Notes: generated by a model from the sequence alone, not told the origin. 64,000 nt of DNA from an uncultured Bacteroidaceae bacterium (GCA_964526475.1 CAZGKF010000009.1:10248-74247), one strand, 5' to 3'. Shown: positions 39,982 to 48,879, counted from the stretch's first letter. Numbers and translations: made by a program.

Positions 39982-41197
39982 TATCTACCCCGACCCAGGC
40001 TTTCTTTGAAGTCCAATCCTGTGCTGCTGCCGCCCAGAATGGATGAGTACCGGGCAAACCTAAGGGAAGCATGCCAACAGTACACAGGTACATGCTGCCA
40101 GTGGACAAGTAAGTCTCGGCCATATCAGGCTGGTGCCCGGCCAGACCAATGTTTAACCATCCGTTTTCATCGAATGTATTTTTGGGTTCAATACAATTTC
40201 GGATAACTTTAGTAAGTGCAGCGCGCACTTGTGCCGGATGAACCTTTTCAGGTAATTTATCGAGCAGGGCCATTTGTGCAAGAGACTGAAATGCACCAAA
40301 CCTGTATGTAACAGACCTTCCGGTAACAGGGAAAGTTCCTTCTGGTGATATCAGGCGTTCCTGGATTTCGGCATAACGCTGCGACCTTTTTAAAATGGTA
40401 TCATAGTGGTCTCCATGTTCAGCCTTATGCTTTTTTAATAAAGCTACAATATCCACCATAAAAGGTTGAATAACATAACTATTGTAATAATCAAAGGCAA
40501 ATTCTGGTCCATCTGAATATACTCCATCTCCAACATACCATTGCAAGAGTTGACGGATGACGTAATCCATACGCATCTTATCGTACTCACCGGTAAACTC
40601 AAGAAGGAAAGCCTCTACCATGCCACTGAAAAGCAGCCAGTTGGAGAACCCAGGCCTGATCAATCTTGATGATTTTATGGCCGTAATAAGCTGGGTTTTC
40701 GTTTTCTCATTAAGGGGATGAAATAATACATCTGGTGCACGCAGAATCCCATGAGCTAAAAATGCTGTGTCTACAAGAGGCTGTCCGTAATTGGTAAAAT
40801 TCATGAAATCGGGTGAATCGGGGTCAACTGCCTGGGCTATTGCAGCCCTGCCTGTATCTGCATATTTTTTACGTAATTGACCCTCAGCATCATCGCTTTC
40901 ATCCAGTGCCAGCCACGGAGCAATACCGGCCATGGTTCTTCCCAGAGCTTCCAGGTAAGTAACATTTTTACGGCTTTTACCATTGGATCGAACCGGCATG
41001 TTTTGTTTCAGTTTACCTTCACTCAGGTTTTTCAATACGGGATCCACAATTTTTACAAGGGTTGATACCCAATACTCACGGTCAGAAACTGCCTGATGCT
41101 CGAGGTTTTGTGTTCGGTTAAACAGTTTCGATGGACCGAACGACATCCCGGCAAGACTTGCTAATGAGACGTTTCGAATGAATTTTTTTCGTTTCAT
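39953..41197 (-). CDS. DUF2264-domain protein with a Tat-like signal peptide
   Basis: The likely start is MKRKKFIRNVSLASLAGMSFG (ORF-track start 41248 is 17 codons upstream). ..WLLFSGMVEAFLL.., ..YYNSYVIQPFMVDI.. are typical of DUF2264 as I recall it. Confidence 0.65.
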   Translation of the reverse strand: MKRKKFIRNVSLASLAGMSFGPSKLFNRTQNLEHQAVSDREYWVSTLVKIVDPVLKNLSEGKLKQNMPVRSNGKSRKNVTYLEALGRTMAGIAPWLALDESDDAEGQLRKKYADTGRAAIAQAVDPDSPDFMNFTNYGQPLVDTAFLAHGILRAPDVLFHPLNEKTKTQLITAIKSSRLIRPGFSNWLLFSGMVEAFLLEFTGEYDKMRMDYVIRQLLQWYVGDGVYSDGPEFAFDYYNSYVIQPFMVDIVALLKKHKAEHGDHYDTILKRSQRYAEIQERLISPEGTFPVTGRSVTYRFGAFQSLAQMALLDKLPEKVHPAQVRAALTKVIRNCIEPKNTFDENGWLNIGLAGHQPDMAETYLSTGSMYLCTVGMLPLGLPGTHPFWAAAAQDWTSKKAWVGVDIGRDWAFRN

Positions 41198-41483
41198 ATA
41201 ATTAGTTTTTGAATGATATAAAGATAATAAGTTAAAATTTACACCCACTGCTTAGGTTTTTCATATTCGAATAAATATTCCGGAAATTAAAACAACCTGC
41301 TTCTATCATTGATAAGTTCATAATCAGTTTTACCGATGCGGACTGTGCTTCTGGCAATCAATGAAATTACGCCTGCCTTCTACCTTCTCAATCCCCACCC
41401 TCACCCCTCCATTTCCGTCATTCACCGATTCATTTTTGCCAGATGTAAATCGGGATCATAGTTTTGTGGCATAAAACCAATAA

Positions 41484-43841
41484 ATGCAGACAAGTAAAAT
41501 GAAATCACTAAAGTTTACACTAATCGCACTGGCCTTAACACTTATATGCCTCCAGAATTTATCTGCCACTGAACCGGATATTTCCGGTAATGCAGTACTC
41601 AGCGGGTATATAAAAGACGCCTCCAACGGTGAAACTCTCATCGGGGCTACCGTTTATATCAGGGAATTACATGCCGGAACAATTACCAATGTATATGGTT
41701 TTTATTCTCTTAGCGTTCCGCCGGGAGTTTATAATGTAAACTTTTCCTATGTGGGTTATGAAAATATCGAACAGCAGATTCAAATTACAGGGAAAATTAC
41801 TTTTAATCCTGATCTCCGGGTCAGTTATATTAATCTGCAGGAAGTTGAAGTAAGCCCGACTAAAACCAACAGTAATGTTTTTGATAACCAAATGAGTTCA
41901 ATCCGAATCAATACGGAAGATATTAAACGTATGCCTGCATTTATGGGGGAAGCAGATGTGCTTAAATCCATACAGTTATTACCGGGTGTTCAGAGTTCGG
42001 GAGAAGGTTTCTCGGGCTTTAACGTCAGGGGAGGATCGGCCGATCAAAACCTGATTCTTCTGGATGAAGCCACTGTTTATAATCCATCTCACCTTCTTGG
42101 TTTTTTCTCAGTGTTTAACTCCGATGCCATCAAGGATGTGAAAATCTATAAAGGCGATATCCCGGCACAATACGGAGGCAGGCTATCCTCGCTTCTGGAT
42201 ATACGTATGAAGGATGAAAATTCCAAAAAGCCACAGGTCACCGGAGGAATTGGAAGCATTGCCAGCCGGCTGACAGTTGAAGCTCCGCTTATTAAGGATA
42301 AGTCTTCAATCCTGCTTTCCGGAAGAAGAACCTATGCGGACCTGTTTCTTCCACTCACAAAGGATACCCTGCTGCACAATAATAAACTTTTTTTCTACGA
42401 TTTGAATATGAAAGCAAGTTACTCCATAAATGATAAAAACCGGATTTTTTTCTCGGGTTATTTTGGGCGCGATGTATTTTCTTTCCGCGATATGTTCAAC
42501 ATGCAGTGGGGAAATGCCACCGAAACCTTCCGTTGGAACCATATCTTTAATGATAGGCTTTTTTCCAATATTTCACTGATCTATTCCGATTATAATTATT
42601 CCATGGACATTAACCAGGGAATGAATACCTTTAAATGGGAATCGCTGATCCGCGATATCGGCGGCAAGGCTGATTTAACCTGGTATGCTGATCCTAATAA
42701 TACCTTTCGTTTTGGCATGCATGCTACCCATCACTATATTGAACCCGGTAATATAGAGAACAAAGTAAGTGGACAACAGATAGAAGTAGCTCTTAACAAG
42801 TCGATGGATTATGCCCTATATCTTTCAAATGATCAAAAAGTCAGTGAGAAATTCCTTATGAACTATGGTATGCGGTTTTCCGTCCTTCAAAATATTGGGA
42901 CAGCCACCGTATTCAGATATAACGATTCCTTTGAAGTAATCGATACATCGTATTACACCGGAAGTAAACCCTATCATAGCAATGCAGGATTTGAACCAAG
43001 ATTTAGTATGACCTATATCTTTAATTCATCACTTTCCGTAAAAGCCAGCTATTCGAAAACCCGGCAATACCTCCAGCTGGCATCCAATTCATCCGCAGGA
43101 CTTCCTACCGATGTCTGGTTTCCTTCTTCACCAAATATTAAACCACAGGTTTCTGAACAGGTAGCAACGGGAATTTTTAAAAACCTGTTTAATGATAAAC
43201 TGGAATTATCAGTTGAAGGATATTACAAGAAAATGTACAATCAAATCGACTTCCGGGAAAACGCACAACTTTACTTCAATGATAAGCTGGAAGCTGAAAT
43301 CAGAACTGGAAAAGCCTTTTCCTATGGAATGGAATTTATGATTCGGAAGCAGTCGGGTAAGCTAACCGGTTGGATTGGGTACACTTTATCAACTGCCCGG
43401 AGGAAGATCGAAGAAATCAACAACGGGGACTGGTACCGTTCCAGTTACGATAAGCCCCATAACCTGGTTGTGGTTGCAAACTATGATATTTCACCCCGCG
43501 TGAACCTTGGTGCAAACTGGATTTTCACCAGCGGGGCTCCCATTACCCTGCCTACCGGGAAATGGGAATATGGAAACATGATCCTCCCATCTTACTCAGA
43601 GCGTAATGGCTACAGACTACCGGATTATCATCGGCTGGATATATCCGCTACCATTCAACTCAACAGTAAACCCAAAAAATTCCTTTCAGAAATGAATATT
43701 TCCTGTTACAATGCTTATAACCGGAAAAATCCTTTTACCATATATTTCGAACCAGACCAAACAGATAATAATACCATGAAGGCTTATAAATTAAGTATGT
43801 TCGGAATTATTCCGGCCGTTACATGGAATTTTAGATTCTGA
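41484..43841 (+). CDS. TonB-dependent receptor (CarboxypepD_reg + plug + beta-barrel)
   Basis: 785 aa; signal peptide (probable start MKSLKFTLIALAL at 41499), ..LSGYIKDASNGETLIGATVYI..GFYSL..GVYNVNFSYVGYE.., a plug region, and a C-terminal aromatic residue (..TWNFRF). Confidence 0.9.
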   Translation: MQTSKMKSLKFTLIALALTLICLQNLSATEPDISGNAVLSGYIKDASNGETLIGATVYIRELHAGTITNVYGFYSLSVPPGVYNVNFSYVGYENIEQQIQITGKITFNPDLRVSYINLQEVEVSPTKTNSNVFDNQMSSIRINTEDIKRMPAFMGEADVLKSIQLLPGVQSSGEGFSGFNVRGGSADQNLILLDEATVYNPSHLLGFFSVFNSDAIKDVKIYKGDIPAQYGGRLSSLLDIRMKDENSKKPQVTGGIGSIASRLTVEAPLIKDKSSILLSGRRTYADLFLPLTKDTLLHNNKLFFYDLNMKASYSINDKNRIFFSGYFGRDVFSFRDMFNMQWGNATETFRWNHIFNDRLFSNISLIYSDYNYSMDINQGMNTFKWESLIRDIGGKADLTWYADPNNTFRFGMHATHHYIEPGNIENKVSGQQIEVALNKSMDYALYLSNDQKVSEKFLMNYGMRFSVLQNIGTATVFRYNDSFEVIDTSYYTGSKPYHSNAGFEPRFSMTYIFNSSLSVKASYSKTRQYLQLASNSSAGLPTDVWFPSSPNIKPQVSEQVATGIFKNLFNDKLELSVEGYYKKMYNQIDFRENAQLYFNDKLEAEIRTGKAFSYGMEFMIRKQSGKLTGWIGYTLSTARRKIEEINNGDWYRSSYDKPHNLVVVANYDISPRVNLGANWIFTSGAPITLPTGKWEYGNMILPSYSERNGYRLPDYHRLDISATIQLNSKPKKFLSEMNISCYNAYNRKNPFTIYFEPDQTDNNTMKAYKLSMFGIIPAVTWNFRF

Positions 43842-43861
43842 AGGTAGAGACCAGGCATGCC

Positions 43862-44575
43862 TTGTCTCTCACCTCCACCAGTCACTTCTTTAAAACTGTA
43901 TATATCCTGTTTATTGGTCTTTTGTGTCTGTACCTTCAATATTCCATCAAGCGTTTGATTATTAAGCAGACTGAGGTAAAAACCCAGGTCGTTGAACTTC
44001 AGAAAGAAAACCTGCAGGCACAATTCCAGATGCTAAAACAACAGGTTAATCCGCATTTCCTGTTTAACAGTCTGAATGTACTTACTTCCCTCATAAAAAC
44101 CGAACCTGAGCTTGCTGAGAAATTTACTGAACAATTATCTAAGGTATACAGGTATGTGCTTGAAAATAAGGATAAGGACCTTATCCCATTGAATACTGAG
44201 ATGAACTTTCTCAGGGCTTATATCTTTTTACTCGATATCAGGTTTATGGGAAAAATGAAAATAGATATAGAATTTGATGAGCAAAGAGAAGACAAACTTT
44301 TACCGCCCCTCTCGTTACAGATCATTATTGAAAATGCGATCAAGCATAATACATTTTCCAGAAAATCCCCCCTGCATGTGAGACTTTTTATTGATGAAAA
44401 TGATTATCTCAACGTAGTAAACAACCTGCAAAGCAGGGAAACTCAATTCGCATCTACCGGAACAGGATTGGAGAATATTATTAACCGTTATGCCCTGATC
44501 TCAGATCGCGTTCCGGTTTTTAAAAAGACGGATGATCAATATTTTGCTATGATACCTCTTTTAAATAAACACTAA
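43862..44575 (+). CDS. Short LytS-type histidine kinase (one TM + His_kinase + HATPase_c)
   Basis: 237 aa (TTG start); ..LKQQVNPHFLFNSLNVLTSLI.., ..LQIIIENAIKHN.., ..GTGLENI... Confidence 0.8.
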   Translation: MSLTSTSHFFKTVYILFIGLLCLYLQYSIKRLIIKQTEVKTQVVELQKENLQAQFQMLKQQVNPHFLFNSLNVLTSLIKTEPELAEKFTEQLSKVYRYVLENKDKDLIPLNTEMNFLRAYIFLLDIRFMGKMKIDIEFDEQREDKLLPPLSLQIIIENAIKHNTFSRKSPLHVRLFIDENDYLNVVNNLQSRETQFASTGTGLENIINRYALISDRVPVFKKTDDQYFAMIPLLNKH

Positions 44576-44675
44576 AATATATATGTAAACCTTTTTACCC
44601 ATCGTGTCCATCAATATACTGTCTTTATTGCGAAGAGAAACAAGGTGGGACTAAAGAGAGATAAATATCACATCC

Positions 44676-45443
44676 ATGAAAGTAATAATAATTGAAGACG
44701 AAATACTGTCAGCGCAGAGATTAAAAAAGATGATATCTGATTACAGTCCTGATATTGAGGTGATTGCTGAATTAGAATCTATTGAAGAATCTATCAAATG
44801 GTTCAATCAGAATCCTCATCCTGATCTTATCTTTCTTGATATTCATCTTGAAGATGATTTAAGCTTTGCCATTTTTGAGAAGGTAAATATTTCGAGTCCT
44901 ATAATTTTCACAACTGCTTTTGATGAATATGCCATTAAAGCGTTTAAGCTGAAAAGTATTGATTATTTGCTGAAACCGGTGGCTCAGGAAGAATTGAATG
45001 CTGCTCTTAAGAAATACAGGGAAATGACAAAAGGCCAGGGTATTTCTACAGAACTTAATGCCCTTTACGAGATGATAGTTCAAAAAATGCCTAAATACCG
45101 TGAACGGTTCTCTGTGGCTTACGGACAAAAAATTAAAACCTTCAGTATAGAGGAAATTGCATATTTTATTAGTAACGAAGGAAGCACCAGTGCATGTTTA
45201 TACGATGGCAAATCTTATCCGGTTGATGAAAGTATAGAAAAGCTAAAGAATGAACTGGATCCTGTTGATTTTTTTCGTATAAACAGGCAATTGTTGGTAA
45301 AGCTTAATGCCATTGCAAATGTGCATGTGTATCCAAAGAGCCGTTTAAAACTGGAATTAAAACCTGATCCGGGATTCGAAGTATATGTGAGTATTGATAA
45401 AGTTGTGCCTTTTAAGGAATGGTATGGGGGTAAAGTCAGATAG
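44676..45443 (+). CDS. LytTR-family response regulator
   Basis: 255 aa; receiver MKVIIIEDE..DLIFLDIHL..KP; LytTR domain ..FFRINRQLLV... Confidence 0.9.
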   Translation: MKVIIIEDEILSAQRLKKMISDYSPDIEVIAELESIEESIKWFNQNPHPDLIFLDIHLEDDLSFAIFEKVNISSPIIFTTAFDEYAIKAFKLKSIDYLLKPVAQEELNAALKKYREMTKGQGISTELNALYEMIVQKMPKYRERFSVAYGQKIKTFSIEEIAYFISNEGSTSACLYDGKSYPVDESIEKLKNELDPVDFFRINRQLLVKLNAIANVHVYPKSRLKLELKPDPGFEVYVSIDKVVPFKEWYGGKVR

Positions 45444-45544
45444 ACAAAATAATTCATAGTTAAGCAATTTTTTAATAGAGCGAGTTAATTGCCGGAGTTT
45501 CAAACTGATTGTCAAATATATAAACCGGATGATTGCAGCAATAA

Positions 45545-46042
45545 TCAAAGCCTGGGATTAATATTTGTTTTGTCAGCAGCCAGATATCCCCCCCTGACGG
45601 TGGCCCCTATTACGATTCCTGCACTTATCAGCACCAGGTTTTTAAGAATATATTGCCCTTCAAGGGTGGGAACCCAGGGCACCACATTAAAAACTTCGTC
45701 CGGAAATATAAATACCGGAGTCAGGGTGCCCAGCATCTGAAGAAGAAGTAAAAGAATAATTTCACGCAGAAATAATCCACTCAGCAGGCCAATCCCAATT
45801 ACAACCTCCCACACTGCAAGTATAATAACGCCTGACTTCCCGCTAACGAATCCAAAAGTCATAATCTCTATTGTTTTGGCAGCCAGTTCCTGAGCAGGGC
45901 TTACTCCTGGGAAAAATTTCAGTAGCCCGAACCAGAAAAAAATGATACCAACACTTACCCTAAGTAAAAGTATACCATTCCTAGCCATCCATGAGGTAAC
46001 CATTTTGTCGATACGGTTAAATCGGTTTCCTTTTAAATACAT
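45545..46042 (-). CDS. DUF417 (YkgB/RclC-like) or DoxX-like small membrane protein
   Basis: 165 aa; ..LLRVSVGIIFFWFGLLKFFPGVSPA.. and ..GQYILKNLVLISAGIVIGA.. resemble E. coli YkgB as I remember it. Confidence 0.5.
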   Translation of the reverse strand: MYLKGNRFNRIDKMVTSWMARNGILLLRVSVGIIFFWFGLLKFFPGVSPAQELAAKTIEIMTFGFVSGKSGVIILAVWEVVIGIGLLSGLFLREIILLLLLQMLGTLTPVFIFPDEVFNVVPWVPTLEGQYILKNLVLISAGIVIGATVRGGYLAADKTNINPRL

Positions 46043-46166
46043 CGGTTTATCTTTTGTTATTCCTGTAACAAACGAATGGCCAAAAATGTTAAATATATCG
46101 CAGAAATATCATAAAAAAAATTGGGGACTGCTCCGGTCTGATGAAACATCGTAGGTGGGGCGGTAA

Positions 46167-46258
46167 AGACGCAATGCATTGTCTCCCTGCTATTGTAAAT
46201 AAATCCTCAGCGATTAAATTTATTATTCCTTCAATAATTGTATTTTTACACTAGCAGC
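46167..46258 (+). repeat. Left copy of the ~95-nt composite element (half palindrome GACGCAATGCATTG + long imperfect hairpin)
   Basis: AAGACGCAATGCATTGTCTCCCTGCTATTGTAAAT..TTTTTACACTAGCAGC. It aligns with the right copy with a few substitutions. The stem CCCTGCTATTGTAAA / TTTACACTAGCAGC has 2 mismatches. Confidence 0.8.
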
Positions 46259-46405
46259 ACCACTTCGCCTGAAAACCCGAAAAAGGAGGATAGTTAGTGA
46301 TCATTTTATGCATTTATACTGGTTTCAGATAGAAGATATGAAATAGGAATTAGCACCACAAGAGTAGTTAATTCCAGAAAACAGAAAAAAATTGCTACAT
46401 AACCA

Positions 46406-47434
46406 ATGTCTGATCGGTTTAATAAAATATACCGCATACCTTCCGTCCGATTGCAAAATTGGGATTACAGCAGCAATGCGGCATATTTTATTACCATTTG
46501 TACCAAAGACAGGAAACATTTTTTTGGAGAAATAGCCGATGGGGTTATGATATTGTCCGATATTGGGATAATTGCGGAACAGGAATGGTTAAAAACATTT
46601 GAAATGCGGCCGGACATGAATTTACAAATGGATAAATTTGTGGTTATGCCGAATCATTTTCATGGTATAATCATTATAGGTGAAAATGAATATAATAAAC
46701 AGGTTACGGAACGAGGGTTGCAACGGGATACGGAACGAAATACGGAATGGGAAACGGAACGGGAAACGGAATGGGAAATGGAACGGGAAATGGAACGGGA
46801 AACGGAACGGGAAATGGAAAGGGAAACGGAACGGGAAATGGAACGGGAAACGGAATGGGAAACGGAACGGGAAACGGAACGGGAAACGGAACGGGAAACG
46901 GAACGGGAAATGGAATGGGAAATGGAACGGGAAACGGAACGGGAAACGGAATGGGAAATGGAATGGGAAACGGAATGGGAAATGGAATGGGAAATGGAAT
47001 GGGAAATGGAATGTAGAGACGCAATGCATTGCGTCTCTCCCACCGGTCCCACCGGTCCCACCGGTTCCACCGGTTCCACCGGTTCCACCGGTCCCACCGG
47101 TTCCACCGGTTCCACCGGTCCCACCGGACCCACCGGTTCCACCGGTCCCGACAACCCTGCCAAATCCAACCCCTCCGCCAACACAAAACAACCAGGCACG
47201 GTCGTTAAACCCAAAAACCAATTCGGACCACAAACAAAAAATTTGGCATCCATTATCCGTGGGTTTAAAATTGGTGTAACCACACGTGCGCGATTAATTC
47301 GTGATGATTTCGCCTGGCAATCCCGTTTTCACGAACATATTATCCGAAATGAGGAATCTTTTCAAAATATTTCAAAATACATTATAAACAATCCCGCCAA
47401 TTGGAAACAAGATGGATTACACAACAAACCGTAG
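46406..47434 (+). CDS. IS200-like / REP-associated tyrosine transposase (Y1 HUH family) carrying ~150 codons of in-frame repeat-derived insert
   Basis: N-terminal block ..[35 protein letters not shown] (H-U-H). C-terminal block [59 protein letters not shown]. Codons ~101-248 come from the tandem repeats and the palindrome. Confidence 0.8.
   Translation: MSDRFNKIYRIPSVRLQNWDYSSNAAYFITICTKDRKHFFGEIADGVMILSDIGIIAEQEWLKTFEMRPDMNLQMDKFVVMPNHFHGIIIIGENEYNKQVTERGLQRDTERNTEWETERETEWEMEREMERETEREMERETEREMERETEWETERETERETERETEREMEWEMERETERETEWEMEWETEWEMEWEMEWEMECRDAMHCVSPTGPTGPTGSTGSTGSTGPTGSTGSTGPTGPTGSTGPDNPAKSNPSANTKQPGTVVKPKNQFGPQTKNLASIIRGFKIGVTTRARLIRDDFAWQSRFHEHIIRNEESFQNISKYIINNPANWKQDGLHNKP
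46706..47013 (+). repeat. 12-nt microsatellite AYGGAAYGGGAA: 22.7 contiguous copies (46742-47013) preceded by ~3 degenerate copies
   Basis: Counted unit by unit from the sequence. The only variation is C/T at unit positions 2 and 8, plus one A. Confidence 0.95.
47015..47038. repeat. Perfect 24-nt palindrome AGAGACGCAATG/CATTGCGTCTCT (REP-like hairpin) inside the transposase ORF
   Basis: Self-complementary over all 24 nt. The same GACGCAATGCATTG core starts both flanking elements (46168 and 47436 regions). Confidence 0.95.
47041..47148 (+). repeat. 9-nt microsatellite CACCGGTYC, 12 contiguous copies
   Basis: Counted from the sequence. Each unit contains the palindrome ACCGGT. Variation is C/T at position 8 and one T-to-A at position 7. 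It is translated as (P/S)TG repeats. Confidence 0.95.
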
Positions 47435-47528
47435 AGACGCAATGCATTGCTTCCCTGCTATTGTAAAAAAAATCCTCAGCGATTAAATTTATTATTCCCC
47501 TAATAATTGTATTTTTACAATAGCAGGG
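47431..47528 (+). repeat. Right copy of the composite element, with a perfect 17-bp stem
   Basis: GTAGAGACGCAATGCATTGCTTCCCTGCTATTGTAAAAA(47453-47469)..42-nt loop..TTTTTACAATAGCAGGG(47512-47528). It contains the transposase stop codon TAG 47432-47434. Confidence 0.85.
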
Positions 47529-47637
47529 TAGTATGCAGCGCTTTGGCGCGCCAGCGAAGATTACCTGCAAACCTTAGACCTTATAGATAACAATTCTGCA
47601 CGATACTTAAGTTTGCAGGTAATGAACAAATTAAAAA

Positions 47638-48366
47638 ATGATGACAAAGCCAATTCTGATTCTTAGAAACATACCCAGGGAAAATCCCGGACTCATAGAA
47701 ATTTTATTGAAAGAATATTCTGTTAAATATCAAATAGTTGATTTTGACAATTCAACAGAAATTGTTATCGAAAATTACGGTGCATTAATTGTTCTGGGGG
47801 GACCTTATAGTGCAAATGATTTGTCTCCAAAAATGCAAAATGAATTATTATTAATCAGAAATGCTTTACAGGCACATATCCCCTTTCTCGGAGTTTGCTT
47901 AGGATTACAGACCTTAGTCAAGGCAATGGGAGGCAATGTGGTAAAGTGCCAAATCAATGAAATAGGATTCAGGGATCCTGCAAATAACTTCTTCAAAGTG
48001 ATATTAACTTCCGAAGGCAGAAGAGATAAACTCTTTAATAACTTGTCTGATAATCTTACTGTTTTTCAACTACACGGGGAGACAGTACAACTTACTCCAC
48101 AAATGATTCTGTTAGCCACCGGAGATTTCTGTAAGAATCAAATTATAAAAATTGGTAAAAATGCATATGGTATTCAATCTCATTTTGAATTAACCAATGA
48201 CCTCCTGGAATCATGGATTATCGAGGATACTGACCTCCAAAAACTTCAAGCTGAACAACTGCGATCTGATTTTGAAAAAATTAGAACAGAGTATCAAAAC
48301 ACCGGACGGCAAATATTTTATAACTTCCTTATTATTGCAGGATTAATAAATTCTACGAACGCCTGA
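47638..48366 (+). CDS. Class I (type 1) glutamine amidotransferase-like protein
   Basis: 242 aa; nucleophile elbow ..PFLGVCLGLQ.. and ..YGIQSHFE.. (His/Glu of the triad). Confidence 0.85.
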   Translation: MMTKPILILRNIPRENPGLIEILLKEYSVKYQIVDFDNSTEIVIENYGALIVLGGPYSANDLSPKMQNELLLIRNALQAHIPFLGVCLGLQTLVKAMGGNVVKCQINEIGFRDPANNFFKVILTSEGRRDKLFNNLSDNLTVFQLHGETVQLTPQMILLATGDFCKNQIIKIGKNAYGIQSHFELTNDLLESWIIEDTDLQKLQAEQLRSDFEKIRTEYQNTGRQIFYNFLIIAGLINSTNA

Positions 48367-48638
48367 CACAGACGATATAATTGATAAGCACGACATGGTT
48401 TTTGTTTTCCTGCTGGCAGGCAGGAAACCAGGATTATTCGTCGCTTCGCTCCTCATGATCCTGGTAAGGGGGGTAATTCAAAGAAAAAGCCTTCATTCGC
48501 ATCGCTATCGCTCGCTCATTACGGGCTTTATCTTCCATCCGCTTATGAAAGCGAGTGTAAAGTGAAATCAGGATTTAATTATTAATCTGAAACTTATTAA
48601 GTGCGAGTCAGCGCTTTCAACGCGTCTGTAAGAATAAA

Positions 48639-48662
48639 GCCCTCCCGCTAATGCGGGAAGGC
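48639..48662. terminator. Hairpin GCCCTCCCGC-TAAT-GCGGGAAGGC followed by TTTTTCTTTT (copy 1 of the duplicated terminator)
   Basis: 10-bp GC-rich stem (one G.U/A.C position depending on strand). A T-run follows on the plus strand and TTTATTCTT follows on the minus strand, so it could terminate transcripts from either direction. Confidence 0.55.
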
Positions 48663-48879
48663 TTTTTCTTTTGTCGGGGTGGCAGATTAGCTTTGCTGAT
48701 CCTGTATTGGGGGTGAACTAAAAGAAAAAGCCTTCATTCGCATCGCTATCGCTCGCTCATTACGGGCTTTATCTTCCATCCGCTTATGAAAGCGAGTGTA
48801 AAGTGAAATCAGGATTTAATTATTAATCTGAAACTTATTAAGTGCGAGTCAGCGCTTTCAACGCGTCTGTAAGAATAAA

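Larger units (their letters stand above)
46167..47528 (+). mobile_element. IS200/IS605-like or REPtron-like unit: a Y1 (HUH) transposase gene bracketed by two direct copies of a composite hairpin element
   Basis: Direct repeats at 46167-46258 and 47431-47528 flank ORF 46406-47434. See the component features and findings. Confidence 0.6.

Noticed and set aside
46706-47148. CRISPR array
   Set aside because: The units are 9 and 12 nt and directly abut each other with no spacers. No cas genes are in the window. These are microsatellites, not CRISPR repeats.
47041-47148. A genuine collagen-like protein gene (Gly-X-Y repeats)
   Set aside because: There are only 12 triplet-triplets. They are embedded in a transposase ORF and are generated by a perfect 9-nt DNA repeat. 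The periodicity is a by-product of the DNA unit.
46622-47283. Five extra ORFs of 89-207 aa on both strands overlapping the transposase repeats (46622-47233 -, 46660-47283 -, 46680-47279 +, 46704-47186 -, 46747-47016 +)
   Set aside because: Their translations are pure repeat products (FPFHFP.., SVSRSV.., NGKRNGKW.., GNGTGNGM..). They exist only because the 12-mer and 9-mer units contain no stop codon in most frames. The frame carrying the conserved transposase blocks on both sides is the only one with coding evidence.
46140-47545. Diversity-generating retroelement or retron (binary base variation in repeats)
   Set aside because: There is no reverse transcriptase ORF and no template/variable repeat pair. 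The variation is C/T rather than adenine-specific.
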